Source: Dictyostelium discoideum
Taxonomy: Eukaryota
Direction of reading: 5' to 3'
NCBI GenBank assembly: GCA_000004695.1
Contig: CM000151.3
Span: 64,001 to 128,000 of the forward strand
DNA length: 64,000 nt
The notes under the pieces are model-generated. The model made no database searches. It was not told where the DNA came from and saw only the letters and a list, made by a program, of their open reading frames with translations. Below are positions 53,705 to 64,000 of the stretch, piece after piece (positions within the stretch are counted from its first letter, which is position 1; every line of letters begins with the position of its first letter). The translations under genes were made by a program, and so were the position numbers.

Positions 53705-53990
53705 ATGGATAGATTATTAAATTGTCCAAATTGTTTGAAAGTTTTTAATAATCCAAGACAGTTAGAATGTGATCATATATTATGTACAAGATGTATTGAA
53801 GGAGTTTATAATCCAGGTAGAACACCAATAATAAAATGTCCAGTTTGTGATAAACATTCAATAGTTATAACATCAATTGATAAATCATTTCCATTGATTC
53901 ACTGTATTGAAGAGTTATTAACTTATAAATATAAAGATTGTAACTATGATGATAGCCTTTCAATTCCATTAAATAATAGTACTGGTAGTA

Positions 53991-54040
<50 letters not shown>

Positions 54041-56704
54041 TTTGTTATTAATAATAGTAATAATAAAAATAATGGAGCAACAACAACAACTACAACAACA
54101 ACTACTACTACAAATTCAAATTCAAATTCAACAAAATCAAAAGTAGTTGTTAATGATTCATCACCAAATTTAATAAGTGCATCACCAAAAGGGTTAGGTA
54201 GTTCACAAGGTTCATTAACAACAATTAATAATCAAAAGAAATTAACATTATCTCCACAAAGAGCAAGTTCAACTACAACAACAAGTGTAAATAAACCACC
54301 ATTGAAATTAAAGGCAATTTCAAGTCCACCAATTACACCAAATGTATCAACACCAGAGAGATGTTTTGTAATTAATGATAAGAATAAACATGTTATGATA
54401 TCATCAGAAACTACGATTCACAATGTTAGTGGACTATCATCAATTAGTACACCAATAGTTAGTGATGCTGCAATTGCAGAATTAAGTAAATGTAATGACC
54501 ATGATCAAAAGAAATTTACAATATTCTGTACAGATTGTGATCAATTACTATGTGATGAATGTTTAAATAACAATCAGCAACAACATGAAAATCATCAATT
54601 AAATAAAATCATTCAAGAAGCTGAAAAAAGAATTGGAGATATTGAATCAATGATAATTACAACTTCATTATGTCCAAATAGATTAATTAATAAAAAGAAT
54701 AAAATTGAAAAAATAATTCAAGATAGTGCATTGGTTTTAAAAGATACTAAATTGAAAATTACTACTGATATCGATACAATGATTGAAAATTTAAAAGAGA
54801 GAAAGAATGCATTGATCAGTCAAATCGATAAAGAATATGAAGAACAGAAATTAGAATTAAAAGATCAAATTGAAACTATTAATACAACAATTGTTGATAT
54901 TCAAAATAATACATCAATCACTCAAGGTATTGTTTCATTATATCTTAATCAAGTTGATTCTGAAATGTTATCAACTTCATTATTGAAAAAGTATAGTGAT
55001 CTAAAAAGAATGGATCAATTATCTGATAAACTTTCAAATAATTTAGAACAAAATATTGAATGGAAATGGGAACCTGAATATCATTTCCCACAATTATTTA
55101 CTCGTTCAAATGGTGAAAAAACTACTGTTGTATATAGAACTAAAAGAGTATCTGTTGGTGTATCTTCTTCACCAACTGGTACTGGTAGTAATGGTACACC
55201 ACAGCAACAACAACAACAATCAGCAAATGGTAATCCAACAATTATTACAACACCACCATTACCACCAATTTCAGCAAATTCACCAAGTCCAACATCATCA
55301 TCATCATCAACATTAATTGGTAATATTATTAAAAGATCATCACCACCTCATCTACCACTAAGTAGTCAAAATTATGATAATTTTGGTTCAACACCACCTA
55401 GATTAACTACAAAATTATCTTCACCAAATTTATCAATTTCAATGCCAACTTTTCCACAATCAAATTCTGTTCAACAGAATGGTAGTACTTCATCAATAAT
55501 GAAACAACAATCACATGGTAGTAAATTAAATGATAATATTAATACCAACAATAATAATTCACCAAGTCCAACATCATCATCAACAACATCTACAAATGGA
55601 TCAAATACAAAAATTCAATTAAAAAATCCAGTATTTGGTAAATTATTAACTAGAAAAGATTCTGTAATTACAGCAAGAAGAAATTGGATTTATGGATTTT
55701 CAGATCATCAAGTTGAAATTTATGATAATGTTACAAAAGTTTGGAGAGGTGGTTCAAAAATACCAAAGAAATCAATAGAGTATAGTAGTATTTATGATAA
55801 TAATTGTACAATCTATAGATTTGGTGGTAAGGAGACACCAAATGATATCTATTGTTATAATGTTGATAGAGATATTTGGGAACACAATAAAGTTAAAATA
55901 CCATCGAAAAGAAATGCTCATTGTTCAGTTTTCGATGGATTAAGATACATTTATTTAATTGGTGGTGCTGATAGAGATAGTAGTAAATTATTGGAAAGAT
56001 TTGATATTGAAACTCAACAATGGACTAAACTAGCATCCATGAAATTCGGTCGTAGTTATTTCAATGCTTTCTATCACCCTACTAAAAGATGTATTTACGT
56101 ATTGGATGGCTATGTTAATAAAGACAAGAAATCCTCTGTTGAAATGTACTCACTTGAAAAGAATCAGTGGAGTGTGATTTGTGAGATAAATCAACCAAGA
56201 TATCTTAGTGGTGTCTCATTTGATGGTTCAAAATATATAAATATAATTGGTGGTGTTGATAGATCAAACTCTCGTGATATTAAAACTATGGAAAGATTTG
56301 ATACATCAACTCATAAATGGGAAATACTAAATAATGAACCAAAATCATTACTATCTCATACTTCAAGTTCAATGAATTTAATGGTAGTTCAATCACCACA
56401 ATTAAAGAAAAATAATTCATTTTCTTCAATTTCTTCTCATTCATCTTTAAATTCTTCATCTTCAAATAATGGTATCAGTGGTAGTGGTGGTAGTGGTGGT
56501 GATAATGAAATTCCAACTGAAAAAATGCAATTCTTTAATACTTCATTTTTTGATGGTGAACAATTCATTTTTTTCTATGGTATAAATATTGATGAACATG
56601 GTCCACTCTTATATAAATTTAGTATAAAAACAAAGAAATTTGAAAAGATTCCAATCGATAATACTTTGGATTTATTTAGTACTCTAATTTTTGTTTCAAA
56701 ATAA
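53705..56704 (+). CDS. RING finger / B-box / coiled-coil / kelch-repeat protein (TRIM-like architecture)
   Basis: 999-aa single ORF. C3HC4 RING: CPNCLKVFNNPRQLECDHILCTRCIEG...CPVCDK. B-box: CNDHDQKKFTIFCTDCDQLLCDECLNNNQQQHENH. Coiled coil at ~aa 300-420. Four to five C-terminal kelch-type blades (IYRFGGKE..IYCYNVDRDIWE; YLIGGADRDSSKLLERFDIETQQW; IYVLDGYVNKDKKSSVEMYSLEKNQW; IIGGVDRSNSRDIKTMERFDTSTHKW). Long S/T/N/Q-rich linkers. Confidence 0.8.
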
Positions 56705-56792
56705 AAAATAAAAAATAAAAAAAAACAAAAAATAAAAAAATAAAAATTAAAAATTAACCTATATATATAATATTAAAAATTTTATTTGTTTT

Positions 56793-57027
56793 TTATTGTT
56801 TCTTTTTTATAATCCATGTTTTAGAACCAACCAATTCATATTCAAAATCATTTTCTTCTAATAAAACAAAAAACTTTTTTGAATCATATAATTTTCTACC
56901 ATATGCCATTAACATAAAACTATCTTTTTTATTATCCATTAATTGTCTTAAGGTTATCATTAATTTTTCAAAATATTGAACATCTAAAAAACCATTAAAT
57001 TATAAATTCACATATGTGTTAATTATC

Positions 57028-57061
<34 letters not shown>

Positions 57062-57166
57062 ATATATATATATATATATATATTACTACATACATAATAA
57101 AATATCACTTGCAATTACAATTTCAAAATCTTTATCTTCTTCTTTAAATGTATCGCCCCATGTGTC

Positions 57167-57207
<41 letters not shown>

Positions 57208-57653
57208 TTAATTAATTTATATATATAAATTAAAAATAAAATAATTTAATTAAACTTACGAGGAATATGTTTAAATTCTATATTATTTAAAGATTTATTA
57301 AAATTTATATTTTCAGTGATTTCATCAGCATTATAATCGGATGAAGTTACATTGTAACCTTTTTTATTTAAGAAAATTGATAATACACCAGTTGCTGATC
57401 CTAATTCAATGATTTTCTTATTTTTAAATCTTTCTTGATTTAATAATAAATAATCAATTAAAGTATAAGTAGATGGCCAAATTACACCTGCATTTGTATT
57501 ACTGTAGGCAAACTCTCTAATTTTGATTTTCTCTCCATGTACTTCTATTAATTTCTCTTCAAATACTTGTTCTGTTATAATATTTTCTTTTTTATTATCT
57601 TCATCCTCTGAATCAGAGTTTGTCATTTTTGCAAAATCTGATAAATCAAGCAT
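56793..57653 (-). CDS. Class-I SAM-dependent protein-lysine methyltransferase (Methyltransf_16 / METTL21-FAM86-like). Three exons on the minus strand: 57653..57260, 57165..57094, 56983..56793.
   Basis: Exon 1: ..VIWPSTYTLIDYLL..KKIIELGSATGVLSIFLNKKGYNVTSSDYN.., ending at a gtaagt donor. Exon 2: HTWGDTFKEEDKDFEIVIASDILL, ending at a gtatgt donor. Exon 3: YVQYFEKLMITLRQLMDNKKDSFMLMAYGRKLY..WIIKKKQ*. The phases are consistent (1/1) and the motifs (SD-ILLY-V) are typical of the family. Confidence 0.75.
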
Positions 57654-57931
57654 TTTATTTATTTATTTTGATTTTTTTTTAAAATTTTCTATTTTTATTT
57701 TCATATAAAACAAACCACACTTAAAGTTTTAAAAACGAAAATATCTCAAAAAAAAAAAAAAAAAAAAATTAAAATATTTTTTTTCAATAAAAATGAGAAG
57801 TGTTTAAAAAAATTAAAAAATGAGAAGAATAATTTTTTAAATAAAAAACAAATAGAATAATAATAATTATAATATATTCAAAATTTTTTAAAAAATATTC
57901 AAAGGATACAATCTTAATGTTTTTGGAAAGG

Positions 57932-57965
<34 letters not shown>

Positions 57966-58476
57966 AAAATTTTAAAAAAGGAAATTGGTTTTTTTATTTT
58001 TATAAAGAATATTATTTTTAAATATAAAAAAATAAAGTCAACTTTATTAGTACTAATAATATTATTTTGGAATTTCATTTGAAACCAAAAAAACCAAAAA
58101 ACCAAAATTAAACCAAAATAAAACCAAAATAAAACCAATAATAAAAACTTTTTTTAAATAATCGTTTTTTTTTTTTTCTATACACTTTAACAAATCAAAA
58201 AAATTTTTTAATTTAATTTAATTTTTTTTTTTTTTTTCTTAAAAATGGAATTTTAATAGATTTAAAATTAAATGAAAATACTACTATAAAAAAAAAAAAA
58301 TTAAAAATAAAAAAAAAAAAATAAATATAAAAAAAAAAAAATAAATAAAAATAAAAAAACTATAATTTTAATATAAAAACTAAAAAAAAAAAAAAAAAAA
58401 AAAAAGTTTATAGATTTTATAAAATAAAAATTAAATTTAAATTTAAATTTCAATGAATAGATCTTATCTGAATTAT

Positions 58477-58513
<37 letters not shown>

Positions 58514-58690
58514 CATATGAAAAAATGAGGTATAAATAGTTTTTTTAAACCTTTAAATCATTATTTTTCATTCTAGTACAATAATACAGTAATAATATAC
58601 TTATTGTAGTAACATAAAAAAAATTAATTAAAAAGAAAAATATATATATATAAATTAATAAATAAATAAATAAATAAATAATAAAGTATT

Positions 58691-60164
58691 ATGAGAATTT
58701 TAAAAAGTATTTTGCCAATTTTTTTGGCAATTGAATTAGCTTCAAATGTTTATGCAGCTGGTAAAGTTTTAAAAAAATAAAAATAAAAATAATATAAATA
58801 GTAATAATGAAAAGAAATTATTAACCAAAAAAAAAAAAAAAAAAAAAAAAACCAATTTATAAATTTTAGATCAAGATTATTGTTCATTACTTGAAAATGC
58901 ATTAATGTTTTATAAAATGAATAGAGCTGGTCGTTTACCAGATAATGATATACCATGGAGAGGTAATTCAGCATTGAATGATGCAAGTCCAAATTCGGCA
59001 AAAGATGCCAATGGTGATGGTAATTTAAGTGGTGGTTATTTTGATGCTGGTGATGGTGTTAAATTTGGTTTACCAATGGCTTATTCTATGACTATGTTAG
59101 GTTGGTCATTCAATGTTTATTCAGATAAAATCGAAGGATGTAAATTAACAGATTTATACCTAGATACAATTAAATATGGTACCGATTGGCTTATTGCAGC
59201 ACATACAGCAGATAACGAATTTGCAGGTCAAGTTGGTGATGGTAATACTGATCATGCTTGGTGGGGCCCTCCTGAGAATATGACAATGGATCGTCCAACT
59301 TTTATGCTTACCACCGATTCACCAGGTACTGAAATTGCAATGGAAGCAGCTTCAGCACTAGCTGCAGCTTCAATGGCATTCAAATCTTCGAATCCTACAT
59401 ATGCCGCAACTTGCTTAGCACATGCTAAAACTCTTCATAATTTCGGGTACACTTATCGTGGTGTTTATTCAGACTCCATTTCAAATGCAAAGACTTTCTA
59501 TAATTCATGGTCTGGTTATAAGGATGAACTAGTTTGGGGTAGCATTTGGTTATATAAAGCAACTGAAGATCAAAGCTATTTAACAAAAGCCGTTGCAGAT
59601 TATGCATCGGGTGGTGTTGGTGCAATGGCACAAGGTAATTCTCACGATTGGGATCTTAAAGCACCAGGTTGTTGTTTACTATTATCTCAATTAGTTCCAG
59701 AGACTGAAACTTATAAAACTGATTTCGAAGGTTGGTTAAATTATTGGTTACCAGGTGGAGGTATCACTTATACACCAGGTGGTTTAGCATGGATCAGACA
59801 ATGGGGTCCAGCTCGTTATGCTGCCACTGCCGCTTTCCTTGGCTCATTGGCTGGTACTGATAAAGGTACAGATTTCACTAAAAAACAAGTAGATTATTTA
59901 CTTGGTGATAATCCAAATCAACAATCATTTGTAGTTGGTATTGGTCCAAATCATCCAATTAATCCACATCATCGTGCTGCTCATCATTCAACAACTAATG
60001 ATATAAATAATCCAGTTAATAATTTATACCTCTTAAAAGGTGCTTTAGTTGGTGGACCAGGTTCAAATGATGAATATACTGATGATAGAACTGATTATAT
60101 TTCAAATGAAGTTGCAACTGATTATAATGCTGGTTTCGTTGGTGCATTAGCTTCATTATGTTGA
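58691..60164 (+). CDS. Glycoside hydrolase family 9 endoglucanase (cellulase), secreted. Two exons: 58691..58760 and 58870..60164.
   Basis: Exon 1 is a signal peptide, MRILKSILPIFLAIELASNVYAAG, ending at a gtaaag donor, phase 1. The acceptor is aaattttag. Exon 2 is the GH9 catalytic domain: LSGGYFDAGDGVKFGLPMAYS, DHAWWGPPE, NPHHRAAH, ALVGGPGSNDEYTDDRTDYISNEVATDYNAGFVGAL. No Thr/Pro linker or CBM is present. Confidence 0.85.
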
Positions 60165-60589
60165 AAAAAAAAAAAAAAACACAACTAATAATATTTTTGA
60201 ACTAGTCAAAATAATAATAATAATAATAAAATAATTAATAATAATTCTCAGTTTTCGTTTATACTAATATAGAAATGATCTTAGATATAAAAAAATTAAA
60301 AAATTAAAAAATAAAAATAATAATATAAAAAAATAATAAAATTAAAAAAATGAATATAGTTTTTAATTTGGGTTTTTTATTTAAAATTTATCTTTTATTT
60401 GGTTTTATATTTACATGTGTTTTTTTTTTTTTCTTTTTCCTTTTCTTTTTTTTTCTTTAGTTGTGTGGAAGAATATTTTTTTTTTTTCCAGTTTAAAAAA
60501 AAAAAAAAAAAAGTAAATAAATATCCTATATAATCTTTGATATTCATTCTATTCTATAAAAAATTGGTTATATATATTTTTAAAGATTT

Positions 60590-61063
60590 TTAATCATTCT
60601 TTTCTTCTTTATCCATTGTATTATCTTTAATTTTTGGTGCAGGTCCACATGGGCTAATCATTTTCTGTAAAAATAAATTATTATAATGTTAATAAACTTT
60701 TTTTTTTTGAAATAATAATAATAAATAATAAAAATAATAAACAATACATACTGTTAAAGTATTATATCTGACACGACCAACTGATTCATTTTCAGCTATA
60801 GAAAATAATGATAAAAATGAAGAGTGTCCAATAAAAGATGAAAGTGAATCTCTATGTTGATTTGTTAACCATTCACTATTTTTTTTTTAAAAAAAAAAAA
60901 AAAGAATATTAGTATTATTGGTTCTGAAATATAATATGATGACGACGAAAATGAAAAGATTATGGAAAAATACATACTGTTTGGAAATGTCAGCATGACC
61001 AGTTCCAACATATCTCATTTGGAGATGCTCCAATTGACTATTTAATGATTCCCTCTCTGACAT
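60590..61063 (-). CDS. sf3b5: Splicing factor 3B subunit 5 (SF3b10). Three exons on the minus strand: 61063..60978, 60875..60752, 60664..60590.
   Basis: The spliced product is MSERESLNSQLEHLQMRYVGTGHADISKHEWLTNQHRDSLSSFIGHSSFLSLFSIAENESVGRVRYNTLTKMISPCGPAPKIKDNTMDKEEKND, about 86 aa. It aligns residue-by-residue with human SF3B5 (MTDRYTIHSQLEHLQSKYIGTGHADTTKWEWLVNQHRDS...IAENESKARVRFNLMEKMLQPCGPP). Both donors are gtatgt. The acceptors are aaaatag and ttttacag. Not in the ORF track because each exon is shorter than 60 aa. Confidence 0.85.
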
Positions 61064-61734
61064 GTTTGTTTATGTTAAGTTGCGCACGCGTGTGTTTGAA
61101 TTTTCAATAAATGAAATTTTAAAAATAAAACTGAAAAAAAAAAAAAATAAAAAAATAAAAAAATATTTTCTCTCTTTTTTTTTTTTTTTTATTTTCTAAA
61201 AAAAAAAAAAAAAAGATTTAATTTTATTTATTTTTAATATAGATTTAGTATAGATAAATATAATACTAGAAAATATACAAAATGATATTAAATATAAACA
61301 AAATGAATGTAATCATTCATTTTTTTTTTTTTTTTTTCAAACATAAATACAATTATTTAAAAAATAGCAAACAAAATAAATAACAATTATCCAAATACAA
61401 TTTAATAAAAAATTTAAAATCAAAGCCATAATTTAATAAATAAAAAATAAAAAAGAAATTTTATTTGTTTTTTTTTTTTAAAATAATTCCAATGGAATTT
61501 AAACTTGATAAACTTGTTGTTGTTGCTGTTGTTGAGGTATTACTATAGTAATATTTGTTGTATCTGATAATAATGAGAATGTGAAATTGGTCAGAGAAAT
61601 GATAAGTTTCGCAAATTCCAGAGAAATGATAAATTTTATAAATTCGTGTCGAATGATATAAATTAATTATTTTTTTTTTTTTTTTTTTTTTTGTTATTAT
61701 TATTTATTTATTTTTGATAATTATTATTTTTTAT

Positions 61735-62918
61735 TTATAATTCACCAGAAAATAATTTTTTAAATTGTTCCCAAAATACTAAAGTTAGAATGGTATGAGG
61801 ACCCAATCTAAGATAATGTGCCCAAAATCCTTTATAAACCGCACCAAAACCTTCTTTTTTAACAGTTTTATAAACACAATCCATTAAACCTTTATAAATT
61901 TCACCATGTGAATTACCTTTACCTTGAAAATATAATCTTGTTCTTGCAACATCAAATGGATTCATACCAAATGTTACTATAAATCCTGCTACCATACTCG
62001 ATCTTTTATAATAATATTATTAATATTAATATATACTATTAAATAATAATTATAAATAAAAACACTTACATTATATATGCATAAATACCATCATCAACGA
62101 AATTTAAAACTAAATTTTTACAAGAACCATAAGTTGATAATTGAATTGCAGAACCAACAGCAGTTCTTTGAGCAGAGGTTAACATACCTCTGGTTAAACC
62201 TTTGAAACCTTCTTTTTGTATAATTTGTTTAAATGCAGCAAAAGAAGATGAATAACCAACAAATTGTGGATCGTTTTTATACATGTTAGCAGCTTGCATT
62301 CTAACTTTAACCAAATCGAAAGGACTTCCAGCAGCAGCACCAATAGCACCAGCAGTTGCACCAGCTAATAAATTCTTTAAGAAAAAGTAATCTTGATTTG
62401 GTTTTGCACCAAGTGCATTTGATATTAAATCGAAACTACCTAACCTAATTCCTTGCATTGTTGCTTGTGAAAAATATGCAGGTATTAAACCACTTTGTAA
62501 TCCTCTTATACCTTCTGTCTTGTAAATCTGTTTAAATGCATCCCATACTCCATTATATATTCTTTGTGATAATTGTAATTCACCTTGTAATTGTAATCTT
62601 GTTTTTACTAATTCAATTGGATTTGTAACTTATTATTTATTAAAAAAAATAAAAAAAATAAAATAAAAAAAAATATATAAAAAAATAAAAAAACAAAAAT
62701 ATTTAAAAAAAAAAAAAAAAAATATCTTTATTTAGTAAATTGTTTTTTTTTTTTTTTTTGGAAATCTGATAAAAAAAAAAAAATAAAAATAAAAAATGAA
62801 AAAAAATATATATATATATCTTACCTGTTGTAGCACATATTGAAGCTAAACTTCCACTTATAAAACCAATAGCAACTTTATTCTTATTATTTTTATTATT
62901 ATTTAAATTTACGCTCAT
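61735..62918 (-). CDS. Mitochondrial carrier family protein (three Mito_carr repeats; dicarboxylate/oxoglutarate/UCP-like). Three exons on the minus strand: 62918..62825, 62628..62070, 62002..61735.
   Basis: Three carrier signatures: P-IELVKTRLQ, PFDLVKVRMQ and PFDVARTRL. Exon 1: MSVNLNN..VAIGFISGSLASICATTG, ending at a gtaaga donor, phase 1. The acceptor is aataataag. Exon 2 ends AYI+AT at a gtaagt donor, phase 2. The acceptor is ttataaaag. Exon 3 runs to ..LFSGEL*. Phase-consistent. Confidence 0.8.
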
Positions 62919-63305
62919 TATTATTGCAATTGATCAGAATTGTGTCGTTTCTGAAAATTACAAAAATTAATTAAAAAAAAAAAAATAAAAAAAAAATAAA
63001 AAATCTAATTTTTTTTTTTTTAAAAAAAATAAAATTAAATAAAATAAAATAAAAAAAAATAAAATAAATAAATAAAAAAAATAAATAATGCGATACCTAA
63101 AGAATATTCCTGGAGACAAAAAAAAAAAAAAAAAAAATAAAATAAATGTAAATAAAAATAAAAATAAAAAATAAAAAAAAAATAAATATAAATTAATTAA
63201 ATTTTTTTTTTTTTTTTTCAACTCAGAGTTTTTTTTTTTTTTTACTCTGCAACTCGGGTGTAAACTTTATTTTTAGATTATCCTAATTAGTCATATATCG
63301 CCTTA

Positions 63306-63342
63306 ATGATGACACATAATAATAATAATAATAATATCACTG

Positions 63343-63407
<65 letters not shown>

Positions 63408-64000
63408 TTAAATAATAATAATAATAATAATATTACTGATGATAATAATGATATACTTTCAATTATAAATAATAATAATGAAAATAGTAAATTATCAATT
63501 TTATTAATTGGTGAAATATTAAGATATTGTTGGAATGATAAATATAGTGTATTTGCATGGAAGGTGTCATTATCATTAGTATCGAAAGGTGTGTTTAAGA
63601 TTGTTTCAAGTTTTGCAAATAGTATTAATTTAGTATCAAGTGATTTATATCAACATCTTAGAAATCAATGGTGTATATTTAAATCAATAGATTCGCTAAC
63701 GACATCATTTAAATTTTTGGAAGGATTCGTTGACGAATTTAATTTCAATTTATTAGAAAAGAAACAAATTTATTTACCAAAAGATTGTTCAATTGATAAT
63801 ATTGACAGAGACAAAATTCAGGATCCCTTATCATTATTATCAAGTTTAACCATTAGGGGACCCGCCGCATCATATGTGAAAAAAGAGAAAGTTGTATTAC
63901 AATTACTATTATCAAGTAACACAAGTTCATTTAAACATTTTTCAATGATTTCACATAAGAATACACTGTTGAAGAATATTTTCAGTTTTCTAGAACAGTG
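63306..64000 (+). CDS. Hypothetical protein, 5' portion only; the ORF runs off the window end
   Basis: ATGATGACACAT at 63306. The frame is open for about 230 codons to the window edge. After (AAT)n-encoded poly-N tracts, the region is non-repetitive: LLIGEILRYCWNDKYSVFAWKVSLSLVSKGVFKIVSSFANSINLVSSDLYQHLRNQW... (F-box-like?). Not in the ORF track because it lacks a stop. Confidence 0.4.

Noticed and set aside
59425-59631. ORF 59425..59631 (-)
   Set aside because: Antisense to the GH9 cellulase ORF

Overview
The window is eukaryotic nuclear DNA with the hallmarks of Dictyostelium discoideum. It is about 78% A+T, with long poly(A)/poly(T) intergenic tracts, (AAT)n/(CAA)n microsatellites read through as poly-N/poly-Q runs, and short AT-rich GT-AG introns.

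The six-frame ORF track uses alternative start codons: ORFs 12836, 13284, 29390 and 36951 begin with GTG or TTG, so an initial M is not always ATG.

The window contains about 24 protein-coding genes, most of them multi-exon, whose splice sites I reconstructed by hand. Recognisable products are:
- a USP-type deubiquitinase;
- an OTU1/YOD1 deubiquitinase;
- the NAD-isocitrate dehydrogenase alpha subunit;
- a uridine-kinase/PRK-CYTH fusion protein;
- a 3-LIM protein;
- DGAT1;
- an acyl-CoA oxidase;
- a VMA21-like protein;
- TAF7;
- a GAF-type free-Met-R-sulfoxide reductase;
- an isochorismatase-like hydrolase;
- an NT-C2/coiled-coil/DIL protein;
- a SpoU RNA methyltransferase;
- a RING-B-box-coiled-coil-kelch protein;
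- a Methyltransf_16 lysine methyltransferase;
- a GH9 cellulase;
- SF3B5;
- a mitochondrial carrier.

No tRNA, rRNA or CRISPR was found. The accessory region is 29-49 kb:
- a tandem pair of roughly 85%-identical F-box/LRR-like paralogues;
- an approximately 5-6 kb segmental duplication, 36.6-41.1 kb against 42.3-48.0 kb, carrying inverted, truncated and nonsense-mutated gene fragments;
- a duplicated small two-exon gene;
- two unusual GC-rich inverted-repeat islands, candidate ncRNA or MITE elements, embedded in otherwise AT-rich DNA.
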